In this document: positions 12,901-24,644 of the stretch, in pieces
How the letters are laid out: each line of letters starts with the position of its first letter
Numbering within the stretch: position 1 is the stretch's first letter
NCBI GenBank assembly: GCA_002269645.1
Contig: NIVC01002282.1
Location: forward strand, 123,234-187,233
Length of the DNA stretch: 64,000 nucleotides
From: Macrostomum lignano
Taxonomy: Eukaryota
Direction of reading: 5' to 3'
Position numbers and translations under genes: made by a program
Notes under the pieces: generated by a model
What the model was told of the DNA's origin: nothing
Seen by the model: only the letters and a program-made list of their open reading frames with translations
The model's database searches: none

Positions 12901-13212
12901 CCACATATGGACTTTGTCTGCCATGACCTCATCAACATCCACATGGACCTGGACAATGTGGATAGCTACCTCCCCACTCTCAACATCAGGAGGGGCTTCT
13001 AGGCTGCCATCCCTGGCCAAGATAGCATTTTGTTAGATGTTGATATGAACTGGCACAACCAAGGCATTCACTGCTTCACTAACAGCTTGCTGTTCAATGA
13101 CCATGCTGGAGTAGGTATTACCATCTTCCATGAGGGTAAGATGCTCTTTTTAGAAAGTCTACACCTTGGTGAAAACACCTCAGTTTTCTAAGCTAAAATT
13201 TGTGCCATCAAG
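12901..13212 (+). pseudogene. Decayed RNase H domain of a non-LTR retrotransposon (R1/I/Tad-like)
   Basis: One frame reads [49 protein letters not shown], matching the YTDGS...GAG...LG...TVFQAE..AI pattern, with two in-frame stops. Confidence 0.7.
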
Positions 13213-13755
13213 CACCCAGCACCTACTCCAGGTCTACATTCAGGAAGGTTACATGTAAGCCACAATTTTCTGGCATATCATTGAAAAGTTTGGCTATTTT
13301 GGCATACCACTTTGGCGTACCACTTTGAACTTGAGAAATTTTTGGCATACCAATTTTGGTGAATAAATTCATGTCGTGTATAAAAATTGTAATATAAATT
13401 AACCCTTTTTAGTTTTTACAAAAAATAAAAGAAAATTAGTATAGTCTAGAAAATAAGTGATAAACTTTTAGCTTATTTTAAATTAACAATGAATAAAACT
13501 TGTGTAAATTATTGCTAAGAATGTAAATTTTGCATTTTTTTCTCTAGGTTTAATTTAAGTTTGTTTAAAATGAAAATATTTATAATTATTTGAAAGAATT
13601 TTCATACGAAAGCCTTTCTTAGAAAACTCTACTTGTGAAAACCGAATGACCTTTTTTAGGAGGAATTTTTGGCATACATTTTAGGGAATTTTTTTGTTTT
13701 TGGCGTACACTGACATACATTTAGCTGAGATAGGATTCTTGTTCCGGCATACACT

Positions 13756-14053
13756 CATACATGCGCAACCTCTGAAATTCGGTCGGCCATGCGACTTAGT
13801 TTTAACAAAAATGCGACGTAGTTTTTGGCCAAAAATGCGACTTACATGTAAAAAAACCCTAAAGCAAAATTAACGCAACTTTGGGTAAACGGCAGGAGTA
13901 ACTATGACTGTCTTATTAAGCCAAAATGCCTTGTCAGTTACTTAGTACTACTACTTGATTATTTTTTCGGGTGGGCATTTTTGCGACTTCCTTGGTTGGC
14001 CGCCAAATCGGTCGGCCGGATCGGCCGACTCGGCCGACTGTTGCGCATGTATG
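13756..14053. mobile_element. 298-bp non-autonomous DNA transposon (MITE, hAT- or P-like)
   Basis: Perfect 14-bp TIR CATACATGCGCAAC / GTTGCGCATGTATG; perfect 8-bp direct repeat CATACACT at 13748-13755 and 14054-14061; subterminal TCGGCC and GCGACT repeats. Confidence 0.85.
13883..13946 (+). pseudogene. 64-bp 28S rRNA fragment (helix 69-71 region; R2 / I-PpoI target site) inside the MITE
   Basis: GGGTAAACGGCAGGAGTAACTATGACTGTCTTATTAAGCCAAAATGCCTTGTCAGTTACTTAGT matches the recalled eukaryotic 28S GGGTAAACGGCGGGAGTAACTATGACTCTCTTAAGGTAGCCAAATGCCTCGTCATCTAATTAGT at 51/64 positions ungapped (hand count). Confidence 0.85.
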
Positions 14054-17000
14054 CATACACTACTACACGATCCGAACCGTGGCTCTAGGTGAACATTAAT
14101 AACTTCAACATTCTTTTGAAGGGGTCATTTATACACCAGAATTTTCTGGCATATATACTAATGTAGGGCCTATAACCTTCCAAAGTCTGGGTTAAGGAAA
14201 CCCTTTAAAAAAACCTATCATAATTTTTAATTGTAATAAACAAAATTGCACTAACACAATCACACAATTGTTGTAGCAACAATTTAAATAATATTTTATT
14301 AGACATTAAAAATAAAATTTAGCATTGAAAAAAGAAAATAAAGATATATGGTAGGCCTATAGCAATATCTCTAAATTACAAAATCACCATTTTGGCCAAA
14401 ATGCCTAGGGCCTATAGCCAAACTGGTTAATGGGTGAAATGGACTATGGGCAAAATCGTCTGGGGCAAAATTTCTATGGCCGAAACGGTTTGGGGGCGAA
14501 ACAGCTGGTCCTGGAATTCTATCAAAAAAGCTTTGCCCTTGATTGGTGACCCAATTCCTAACAAAGTGGCTAGATCTTAGCATAGTCGTCTAAACTAGCC
14601 TAAGTTGGCTACGTGCAGATAAACTTTACCAATAATGCAACAAATGTTAAAAATATTGAGGAATAGAGGTTGTTGCAGTAGGGGCCTATATAAAAATCAA
14701 CCCGACAATACAATATTCAATAATAGGCATAGGGGGCCTAATAATATTATTAATAGTGAAGTGAAACAGCAACAGTTTAGATAAAGTATCTCTACATTTT
14801 AGGGCTGATTCGATTCTCATAGAGCAATGCAGGAATGCAGTCAAGCAGTTACCAACTTCAAGAAATGGTGTGGAGTGGAACTCAAGTACCAGTTAGTAAA
14901 GTATCTAAACTGCGCGTCGCGCCAATTCGCTGTGCACTCCGTTTAAATATTTACACCATTGTTAACAAAGTAAATTTTTAAGCTCGTAGTTACTTGATTT
15001 TTTGATTATCGCTACAGGTTCTAAAATTATAATACTACTTTTTGGTAAATAATTAGTTTTACTTCAGATCTTTTAAGTACATCACGTAATTTTCTAAAAC
15101 AAACTTTTCTTTTTAAGCAAACGGAAGGGTTAATAAAGAAAAAATTTAAACGAAAGAAAAAGGTAGAAAAGGTTGGCCTTAAGTGAAATAGGAAAGCTAG
15201 CTGAGGGCTAACCACAAAAGTCACAAAAAACAATAAACAACCGTTTATTAAGAAAAGCTTGAAAAATCCATGAGGTTAGAGAGAAGTCGCCTCTCTCGGT
15301 AGGGGCGGTTTTGACTGTTGCTGAGTGTACATGTAAGATCTTTGATGCAGCCTTGCTTATTGGGGTGACTTCGCGGTTGATTTGGCTAGAGATCTGCTTG
15401 GCAGATGACTTTGGTGGGCCATGCACTTAAAGTCCAATGAAGAATTCCACTTGGCAAATCATAAGTTTGCTCTTCCCTCTCGCTGTGAGAAGAACAGCAT
15501 GGATCAGTGTTCTGACAGTGTGCAACGTGATTTAGTTTGCATAATGACTCATTGAATAGTTTTGCTCTGACATCTATTTTTGATAAGTGATTGCACAATC
15601 AGTGTTCAGTTTAACGTGCCAATTAATGTTAAGCTAACGATTGAGTAATGTACACCGTGCATTGCTTTGACTATGAATATATTGAGCGAGACTAAAGTGT
15701 CTCCAACTGACTGAATTCAATTCAATTAACTAAAAACACAACAATCAGGCCTTGGAGTCCAAATTCCCATTCCAAAGACCACTGTAGTCTATAGTCCTTG
15801 ACTAATTCCTCTGGACTCCTGGAAGACGCGTTTCACTTTTATTGTTGTTTTCTATTCTGCTGCCAAGTACCCTTTACGGGCCATGCAGCCCTCTTATCTC
15901 TTGCATGCCAAGGACGACTTACATGTAAGTAAAAGGACGGGAAACCTCGTTTCTTAGAAAATTTTAAAAGACAGAATTTTCCAAAGGCACAAAAATTGTT
16001 ATTGCTTTGATAAGGAGGCAGATCGACACGTTCATCTTTTGATATTTTGTGCCTTTCTTATTGCTCTATCGATATTTATAAAGCTTTTCGTTCAAAAATA
16101 GTTTTAAAGGCACGTTTCACCGGAAAACACACTACGGAAATAGGGAATTTCACGATTTTCAACACTTAAACAGTGATTGGGTCTCCTAACAGTGTCAGAG
16201 AAAGTTCTAATCACACTATTTTGTGCCTCACATGCTGCTCTAACGACACATTAATCGATTTTTCATGTTAAATTGGTCTGTCACTTGAAAAAAACGTTTT
16301 AAATAATGACAAGACCAACTTAACATTAAAAAGCGATTAATGCGTGATCTCTCTGTCTGCATTAACAACTATCGAACGATTGGCAACTTCAGCCATAGAC
16401 AACTTTGTTGGAACCCAATTCCTTTACCGGCTTGCTTTGGCAGCTTTTGATTTGCAGCCAAAGCTTTGTGGGTGGGAGAAAAAGACTATAGTCTATGGCC
16501 CAAGGTTAGCCTACCAGTGCCAGCCCAGATCTTCAAGGCATTCGCGCTTTACGAAAGAATAGCCAAAAAGAGTAGAATGCGAGCTTCAACTAAAATAATT
16601 ATATAGTGTAGTTTAATTTTGCGGGCCTGTGGGCCGTGTCAACCACATGCATACAAAGAACAAGGTAAGAGCTGCGACTACTTCTGTATTTGCCAATTTT
16701 AATGACTATATTTATACAGCTCTTTTCAATTTCTACTCGTATTGCATGTCTAGCAAGAATTAAACTCAACAGAAACTTTCTGACTTTCTCGCAAAGTCAG
16801 TTGGATTTAGCTAGCTGTAAATATAAAAGAGTATATAGACTAACATAGGATCTGTGGTTTTAAGACGGCATTTTGGTATTTCAAAACCAAAACTGAGCTA
16901 CTTGGCTCTTGCTTAGCGCTTGCTTTATTTTTCCTAAAGTGGGCTCAAAGCATGGATGAATAAAACCATGGATTGCTCGTCTGCCTTAAATTTAGGGGTG

Positions 17001-17171
17001 CGATTTTGCCCCGCGAAGCCCCCGTTCGCACCGATTGGCTACTGAAGATTTCTTAGTTGTCTATGGTAAAAACGTTGTAAGCTGCAGTGCTCAGAGTGTG
17101 TAGTTATAATCACAGTCAGGTGCTAAGTTTTTACGAGGGGCACCCAAAAAGTTTTTGCAACTGGTCAACTA

Positions 17172-18756
17172 TTGGTTTTTGCGAGCTATCTCAGCCAAGG
17201 AGCAAGCAAACTCATCCATCCCATAGATTTCAATACGACGAAGGAGGTGGTTTGAACCATAGACTGTCACGTTTTTTTCAACCAAACTCATCCAACAGGC
17301 GAGCAATCTCAGCCATAGCTTGTCTATTAAGCGAAAAATTTAATTGGTTCGTATATAAGAGACTTTATGATAGAGCAGCACATCAGAACACAGGAAATCG
17401 ACTAACGGAACAAACAAATGACTCACTAAATAAGCACTGGTTGCATCTGATGCACGGTGTCAATTTGTCAGCTAGTCTCATTAGACAAAGGGCTGCTGCT
17501 GGATGCACTGAGCATAATTTCTGCCGCAATGAATTTCCCAGCGAGCCACCTTCAGTGGTGTCACCGTGTCCAAGGCAATGCGGCCAAGTCGCTCCAACAG
17601 AATACAGCGCCACTCGGTACGGTTCATTCCATCCGGAATTCCACCAGCTTCCTCTTCCACCAGGGCAGGATTGACCAGCTGCCATCTGATGTCAGCCTTC
17701 ACCGCGCTATGCGCCATTTCTCATGGGTTTAGGAACGGCGAATAGGCAGGAAGCAGCTGCAGTGAAATCCTCGGCTGATGATTCTGTGGCACGATGACTC
17801 CACGGTGGAAGGTCGGCCCGTCACAGACAATTACAATTCTCGCATTGTTAACCTGGCCTTGGACTTGCTCCACTAGCTCGTTTACAAACTGTTGAAACCG
17901 CGGCCGCGTTTGGCCTCCTCGGAAGATCTCACTCTTGACCAAACCCAGCGCAGAGGAGACGGCAAGGCAAATGGTCAAATTCGGTCCTCTCTGAGTGGTG
18001 CAGATGCGACGCACAGGCTGACCTCTGATTGCTCGGCCTTGTGACCTCCGGCTCCACAAGTTATATCCAGTCTCATCGATGTACACCACCACGGCATCGT
18101 GTGGCAGCGTCGTCATCATCTGGGCATAGTCGCGTCGTCGGGCAAGCACTTCATCCGAGTTGGCTTGCAGGCGAATGTCCGCGTCCTTAGTCGCAATTTT
18201 GAATGTGTACTGAGAGCCCTGCAGTGCTCTGTGCACAGTCGTGGTCGACACCACGGGTTTGTTTGGCAGTCTTTCGTGCAGCTGCTGACACATGGTCTCG
18301 AGTGTTGCAAACGGATTGGCATCCACAATGCGAGTCAACTCTTGGCGCATTTCTGCGTCAATCTTGCTTGATTCCTCCCTTATTCCGCCACGTTGGAGAG
18401 CAGCAATTCTTCCAGTAGCTACGTAAGTCCGGATTATATGTCTGGACGTCTTCAGCTTTATCCCGAGAATGCGTGAAGCAGTGCTGAAATTTTGTCCGTC
18501 ATTCCATGCGTTGATTAGCTTCTCTCTGTCGGAGTTGGATGTTTGTCGCAACTGAGCCATCGGAGGAGGAGGAAAGAAAGAAGGGAAGAGGAAATGAATG
18601 GGCAGACAAGCTATGGCTGAGATTGCTCGCCCGTTGGATGAGTTTGGTTGAAAAAACGTGATAGTCTATGGTTCAAACCACCTCCTTCGTCGTATTGAAA
18701 TCTATGGGATCGATGAGTTTGCTTGCTCCTTGGCTGAGATAGCTCGCAAAAACCTA
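17172..18756 (-). mobile_element. IS630/Tc1-like element nested in the mariner 3' end
   Basis: About 157-bp TIRs (17172-17328 / 18605-18756) starting T(T/A)GGTTTTTGCGAGCT; TA TSD at 17170-71 and 18757-58. Confidence 0.92.
17481..18560 (-). pseudogene. IS630/Tc1-type DDE transposase with one premature stop
   Basis: HTH N-terminus, YIDETG, VCDGPTFH, PAYSPFLNP*E; the frame continues for 79 aa after the TGA at 17723-17721. Confidence 0.9.
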
Positions 18757-18795
18757 TATTAAAAAAACAGTAACTGCAAAGAACAACTGAACATG

Positions 18796-19837
18796 TTACA
18801 ATCCTTCAATGTAGGCTCCCCCTCTATCAATGCACTTTTGGTGCCGCCGAATCCATGCTTCGAATGCGCCGTGGTACTCAGAAGCAGTTATGACCTTCAG
18901 CTCTGAATTGATGCACTTAGCTAGGTCCTGACATCGGTTAAGTCAGCTTGGCGAACACCCAGAAGTCGTAGGGAGCCAAGTCAGGACTGTAGGGTGGGTG
19001 GCGGATGGTCTTGATGTTGTTGGCTGCCAGAAAGTTGGTCGTCAGGGCCGCTGTGTCACTGGACGCATTGTCATGGTGCAGGTGAACTCGCCCAGCCTTA
19101 AGCCGTGAGGGCTGAGTTGCGTGAAGTGACGCCATGACTTGTGGCAGAACCGTACCGGAGTAGAAGCTGGCGTTCACATTCTGTCCATTAGGCACCGTGA
19201 TGACGGCCACGGGCCCAGATGTGCTGATGAAGATGACGAAAATCTTCCGGGACCGAAAGCTGGACCGCAGGACAGTCGGCCTCGCGTCTCCAGAGCCCAC
19301 CCAGGCATTGTTCTGCATCTTCTGGGGCACTTGAAAATAAAAAAACCATTTCTCATAACCTGTAACGACGTCAGAAAGTCTCTGGCTGCCTCCTGGACCG
19401 AAGTTGCGCAGGAATTCCTGGCTGCACCGCACCCTGTTCCTCTTCTGCTCTTTTGTCAGGAGGTGGGGTACCCAGCGGGCGGTGACCTTGCGGAGGCCTA
19501 GGTGGCTGTGCAGGATGGTGTGCGCACTGCCATCGGAAATACCGACAGTCTCGCTAATCACAGCGACGGTAATGTTTGGATCCTCGTCCACCAGAGCCCT
19601 GACAGCAGCGATGTTGGCTTCGGTCACAGCTGTGCTGAGTCGTCCAGACCGGGGGTCGTCATTCAAGGAGGCCCGTCCGGCGTTGATGGACTCTATCCAC
19701 CTGGCGACCGTACGATAGGAAGGGGCTTGGTCCCCGACTACCTGGACCAGGTCTGCATGGATTTTGACCGCGCTTTCTCCGAGTCGTGAGCGCATGAAAA
19801 CGCAGAATCGCCACTGGTCTGGTTGCACTGGCTCCAT
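18796..19837 (-). pseudogene. mariner transposase, inactivated
   Basis: WVPHLL, HHDNA and YSPDLAPYD motifs with D34D spacing. The first catalytic Asp is mutated (TGYE), and a frameshift near 18940 precedes the C-terminal ...KCIDRGGAYIEGL*. Confidence 0.92.
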
Positions 19838-20024
19838 TTTTTGCAGAGTGTAAAACACCACCTTGCGTTGGCCACGCGCAAGTATAACACATTCGAGGGA
19901 AAAAAGTCATACTCTATGGTTAAAACCAATATATGTCTGCGATTTCGTAAAAAAATTCCGCGCTTTGTGATATGTACTTTTGGAGATATTAGGTCAGTTG
20001 CCAAAACTTTTTGAATGCCCCTCG

Positions 20025-20188
20025 TAGTTGTAATCACAGTCACATCTGTTGCTAAGAAAGTTTTCTAGTTGTAATCACAGTCACATATGGTGCTAAGAAA
20101 GTTTTCTAGTTGTAATCACAGTCACATCTGTTGCTAAGAAAGTTTTCTAGTTGTAATCACAGTCACATATGGTGCTAAGAAAGTTGCT
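20025..20188. repeat. 41-bp tandem repeat inside the P element; the mariner inserted at a TA of this array
   Basis: TAGTTGTAATCACAGTCACATCTGTTGCTAAGAAAGTTTTC x4, plus a degenerate copy at 17101-17133 on the other side of the mariner. Confidence 0.88.
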
Positions 20189-20696
20189 AAAGCAACCAAA
20201 ATAGGGAATCATGCATGAAAGAAGAAATGAAGATACAAGAAATATGGGGACGCTCACCGCATTCTTTCCCCGCCAGGAAGAAACTCCGTTGGACTGTTGA
20301 TAGTCGATTTCCGACGCGAAGCAGTGGCATAGGCGGCGACAGTGTTCTCGCAGAGATACGGCGTCACAGATGGTAATCCAATTGGCTGCCTTTGTTTTGT
20401 AGCACTGGTATGCCTGTCCTTCAGAGGCCGGGCGGAAAATTCTGTCTTGCGTTCCATTCAGGAGAAGGTGTCTCAGGCTGGTGGCTGTTTCTGTAGTGCT
20501 GCTAGGTGCCGTTAGGTCTTGCAAAGTGCACTGTTGCAGCATGATGCTCCTGGCAACTTTGCGACCGCGCCGCAATTCATTAATTATTGTTTCCATCGTC
20601 CCATTGGACACTGACACCGCGCAGGGTTTTACTACCCTTCCTGAGAGCTGTCAAATTGTCGAGTCCGTATTTACTCAGTCAAGCAGTGGCCTGCAG

Positions 20697-21495
20697 ATGG
20701 CTGCAAGGATTAAAAGAAGCTGTTCGGCCAAATCGTGCACATCAAATTCGAAAACTTTAAACAACTTCGATGGCCTGTCTTTATTTGCATATCCGGTCAA
20801 AGATGCACAGAGGCTGGCTATTTGGCTCGCCAACGTCGAAACAGATCGAGGATTCGCACCGACATCTAACAAGTACCTGTGTGAGCTCTATTTCACTGAA
20901 TCAGGCAGACTGCAGCAAGGCGAGTACTCTACTGAGCTGAGATTCTTTGCTTCGAAGATTTACTTTTGTTCTCATCGAGCTTACAAGGAGCTACGTCGCT
21001 ACTTGTGCTTGCCTTCGACATCCAGCATTCGACGATAGATGCAGAAATTTGACGGAGAGCCAGGAATTGCTAGAGCTGCCATCGAAAAGGTGAAAACTTT
21101 GTGTGCTTCTGACAGTGAGAATTGTAACTGGTTTCTGTGAAACTTTACTAATTTTTTTTCTGAGACATCTGACAAGAAGCCGATATTCTCTACTCTTGTA
21201 AATGATTGTTGCAGCGCTCCAGCAAAGTTGCTTTCTTATCTTCATGGCGTCCACCAACAAGACCCCGAAGCTTGCATCTGAGGCACTACTTGTAATGGCA
21301 TGCGGCCTTAAAGACTAGTGGAAGATCTCTCTCGCGTACATATACTCCGCCGCATCAACCCCAAGCCAGCAATGTCGACTACTTCGCGAGTGCATTCGAA
21401 GCCTAAATGATGTTGGTGCCGTTATCAGAGCAGTTGTGTGTGACGGATGTTCTGTCAATCTCTGCTCTCTGCGAAATCTTGGTGCTGAGTCGTGA
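20697..21495 (+). pseudogene. THAP-domain P-element transposase remnant
   Basis: THAP pattern SCSAKSC...LSLFAYP...W...P...LCELYF (His replaced by Tyr); YFCSHRAYKELRRYLCLPSTSSIRR*; ALLVMACGLKD*WKISLAY...LNDVGAVIRAVVCDGCSVN. Stops and frameshifts are present and the C-terminal half is missing. Confidence 0.85.
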
Positions 21496-23029
21496 GTGCT
21501 GCTCGAAGTACACCAGTGTTTGTATATTCCATCAATGCAAACGGTTGAACATGTGCAGGGCCGTGTCTGTACGGCAGATTCCCACGAAGAAGATATTATT
21601 CATGGGTCAGTAACCAAACTACTAAGGAAAACTGCCCTGTGTAACTATTTATTGATTCTTCAAGCTTGTCATTTTAGTAAGAAATTTCCCTTATCTATAC
21701 TTTGCCTTGAATTCACTTCATGCATCCTTTGCTTCAATTGTATTTACTTTATCTCAATTGCTCATTACTTTTTAATAAACTGCAAGAATTCCCTGCTTCA
21801 ATCGTACTTATAAATCTTTTCATGAATAGTTTCCCTCAATTGTAAATTTCAGCTACGACTTCTTTGCTCCAATTGAAACATTTTTTTCATGCATGCCTTC
21901 AATCTTCATCCCTTTTTTCTGGCCGAATTCGAATATTTTAGCTATTCTTACATATTTCTGGTTTCTTGTAATAAGTTTATCGCTATGGTTTAACTTAAAA
22001 AATAGAATTTAATTCAACAACACTTGCAAACAAATACTCATGAATTGTCTCTCTCCATATCATAACACTATAGAGCAAGTATAAACATTATCTACTTATT
22101 GTGAATATGAATTTCACTTAGCTATAAAATTGTTATATAGGAGACTTTCGTCTTTCCATGCATGAGCACAGCATCTTACAACGTTTTTACCATCGACAAC
22201 TAAGAAATCTTCAGTAGCCAATCGGTGCGAACGGGGGCTTCGCGAGGCAAAATTGCACCCACCCCTAAATTTAAGGCAGACGAGCAATCCATGGTTTATT
22301 TTATTCATCCATGGCTCAAAGCCGCTCGAAAATTAATATGCATATACTGTACGAGGCCGGACTCGGGCTTTAGACATATTTCTATCGAACTATTGCATTA
22401 AGTAAAATTGATTGAAAAAACAAAAGTAAAAGTTCCCAACATCACACTTTATTCATTACGAAAGAGTTTTGTTAAATCGCAGCCTCAGTTGTTTTTAATT
22501 TAGTCAAGTATGGTCGTAAAGACCCAAGGGTATTCTCAGTTCGTAAAGCACGATCGAACTTAAGGAAAAGCCGTAAAGGCTCAGGGCAAAGCCATAAAGG
22601 CTCAGGGATAAGCCGTAAAGGCTCGAAATAAGCTAGCTGTAAAAGCTCAGGCTAGGAAGTTGAAGCCGTAAAACAAGGGCAAGGCATTTGTCAAAACGAA
22701 ATTAACACAAAATTAAATAATCTACCGAACAAACATATAATGTGATTATAAATTGCACATAAACTAAGACATCAGTAACATATCTTTAGCAAAAGATAGG
22801 AAAGAACAGGTTTTTATAATTTAATAACAGTCATAGCTGGAATCAGAATAGAAATAAGGTGATGCATATTGCCAAAAAATGCATTCAAACGATGAAAAAA
22901 TGAAGAAAATGAGTTGAGCAGTATTTCAGGAGATGTGAATCTTCCATACAAAGTCAAAAAGTCACAAAGTGAATTTTAGTATATAGAAAAGACTATGTAG
23001 CAGGTAGACCCACTTTGAGTGATAAAAAA

Positions 23030-23820
23030 TTGACAGTTCTCGCAATTTTGCGGATGATGCGAATAAGGACGTCGGCCTGTTGCGAGATGTCCTTTTGAAG
23101 AACCTTCGAATTGCAACCAAGAAAAAGGTTGACGAGAATCGACAAACAGGGAGTGACGGTGGCACTGAAAAGCAATTAACGGTTTTGGACTACCTGATCC
23201 TGGATATCATTGGGAAAGACAGTGCCGGTGTGACTGGACTGCTTGTCGACGATTCTCCAACAAGGGAGAAGAAAAGAACGCCGACAAAGGAGAAGGAAGG
23301 GACGCCGACAAATGAGAAGGAAGGGACGCCGACAAGGGAGAAGGAAAGGACGCCGACAAAGGAGAAGGAAGGGACGCCGACAATGGAGAAGGAAAGGACG
23401 CTGACAAAGGAGAAGGAAGGGACGCCGACAAGGGAGAAGGAAGGGACGCCGACAAGGGAGAAGGAAGGGACGCCGACAAAGGAGAAGGAAGAGGCGCCGA
23501 CGAATGAGAAGGAAGGGACGCCGACAAGGAAGAAGGAAAGGACGCCGACAAAGGAGAAAGAAGAGACGCCGACAAAAGAGAAGGAAGGGATGCCGACAAA
23601 GGCTCGTGACGGCAGGTTCAGTCTAGAATACCCAATATCAAGCACATCAGTGCAGGTACCATCAATGTACCGATTGTTGGAGGAGTCGGCTACAGCGGTG
23701 TCGGCAGAACTGGCAGGCAACGGAAAGCTGCATCAACGAGAACCGCATCGCAAATGCAAGGCTGTCGATGAAAAAGAGGAACTGCTTATCGAGAACTTAC
23801 GACTACGAACCGAAAATTGA
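23030..23820 (+). pseudogene. Harbinger Myb/SANT-like DNA-binding protein (NAIF1-like), decayed, with an in-frame 21-bp repeat expansion
   Basis: NKDVGLLRDVLLKNLRIATKKKVDENRQTGSDGG...LTVLDYLILDIIG resembles the end of a Myb_DNA-bind_5 domain; coiled-coil-like tail EELLIENLRLRTEN. Confidence 0.6.
23258..23601 (+). repeat. 21-bp coding minisatellite (TPTKEKEG/R heptapeptide)
   Basis: About 16 copies of ACGCCGACAAAGGAGAAGGAAGG(G/A)-type units, in frame. Confidence 0.92.
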
Positions 23821-23940
23821 GACTGGAGATGTAAAGTCTGAAGACCGCAGTTTAAGCTGAGCGAGAAAAATACGTGAGGCCAAAACTGGCCAAGTTAACG
23901 ATATATATATTGGAGGTTCTAAAAGCGCTGCTTTTCGCTG

Positions 23941-24575
23941 TTCGTCGACATCGTCGCTGTTCCAAAGAAGCCGGGCGCCACTAGGCTTGAAGACCATCGA
24001 GGCATCTGCCTTCAGTCCTGTGCAGCGAAGCTGTTCAACCGGATGCTGCTTTCGCGGTTGCAGCCCGTGCTGGATCCGTACCTGCGCCCAGAGCTGAACG
24101 GGTTCCGGCCCCATCGCGGCACAGTGGCGCAGATCCTGGCTCTTCGCCGAGTCATCGAGGAGGCGCGGATTCGCCACTCGATCCTGATTCTAATCTTTAT
24201 TGATTTCAAGAAGGCATTCGACTCGGTTGTCAGATCCGTGCTTCCAATGGTGCTCCGCGCGTACAACGTGCCTGAGCAGCTGATCTCCGCCATCATGGCG
24301 ATGTACCGTGATACGACAGCTGCTGTGACAACACCGGACGGCCTATCGGACTCCTTTGAGACATCCTCCGGAGTGCTTCAGGGAGATACGCTGGCGCCGT
24401 TCCTGTTCGTCCTGGTGCTTGACTGGGTGCTGCGGACTGCTCTTCCTACCGACGACGACGGCTTTCTGCTGCGGCGACGCGTGGGTCGACGTCAACCAGA
24501 GAAGCGGCTCAGTGTGCTTGGCTACGCCGACGACCTCGCCCTGCTGTCCTCGACCGTCGAGGGCGCCCAACGGTG
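23941..24575 (+). mobile_element. RTE-clade non-LTR retrotransposon reverse-transcriptase fragment (truncated at both ends)
   Basis: VPKK...HRGICLQSCAAKLFNR, FIDFKKAFDSV, GVLQGDTLAPFLF, GYADDLAL; stops abruptly after EGAQR. Confidence 0.9.
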
Positions 24576-24644
24576 GTATAACAAATATAACAAATCGAAT
24601 AATTCAGTTTAGTCAATAATTAGCCCGAATGAAGAATTTAAGTG

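Larger units (their letters stand above)
17134..20024 (-). mobile_element. mariner (DD34D) element inserted in the P element
   Basis: TIRs CGAGGGGCACCCAAAAAGTTTTTGCAACTG / CAGTTGCCAAAACTTTTTGAATGCCCCTCG, with TA on both sides (17132-33, 20025-26). Confidence 0.92.
16951..22313 (+). mobile_element. P-superfamily (THAP9-like) DNA transposon, internally deleted, with nested insertions
   Basis: About 143-bp TIRs (16951-17093 / 22163-22313) starting CATGGATGAATAAAA; perfect 8-bp TSD GCTCAAAG (16943-16950, 22314-22321); THAP and P-transposase remnants inside. Confidence 0.9.

Noticed and set aside
13883-13946. Functional rRNA gene or mitochondrial insert
   Set aside because: Only about 64-80 bp long, with non-compensatory changes in the helix 69 stem. 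It matches nuclear 28S rather than mitochondrial LSU as recalled.
13760-14049. Alternative reading of the MITE as a TA-flanked Tc1/mariner type with 10-bp TIRs
   Set aside because: A 14-bp TIR plus a perfect 8-bp direct repeat explains more of the sequence. It is not fully excluded, because TSD and TIR both start CATACA.
15208-15640. Short minus-strand ORFs (72 and 70 aa)
   Set aside because: No motifs or element boundaries were recognised.
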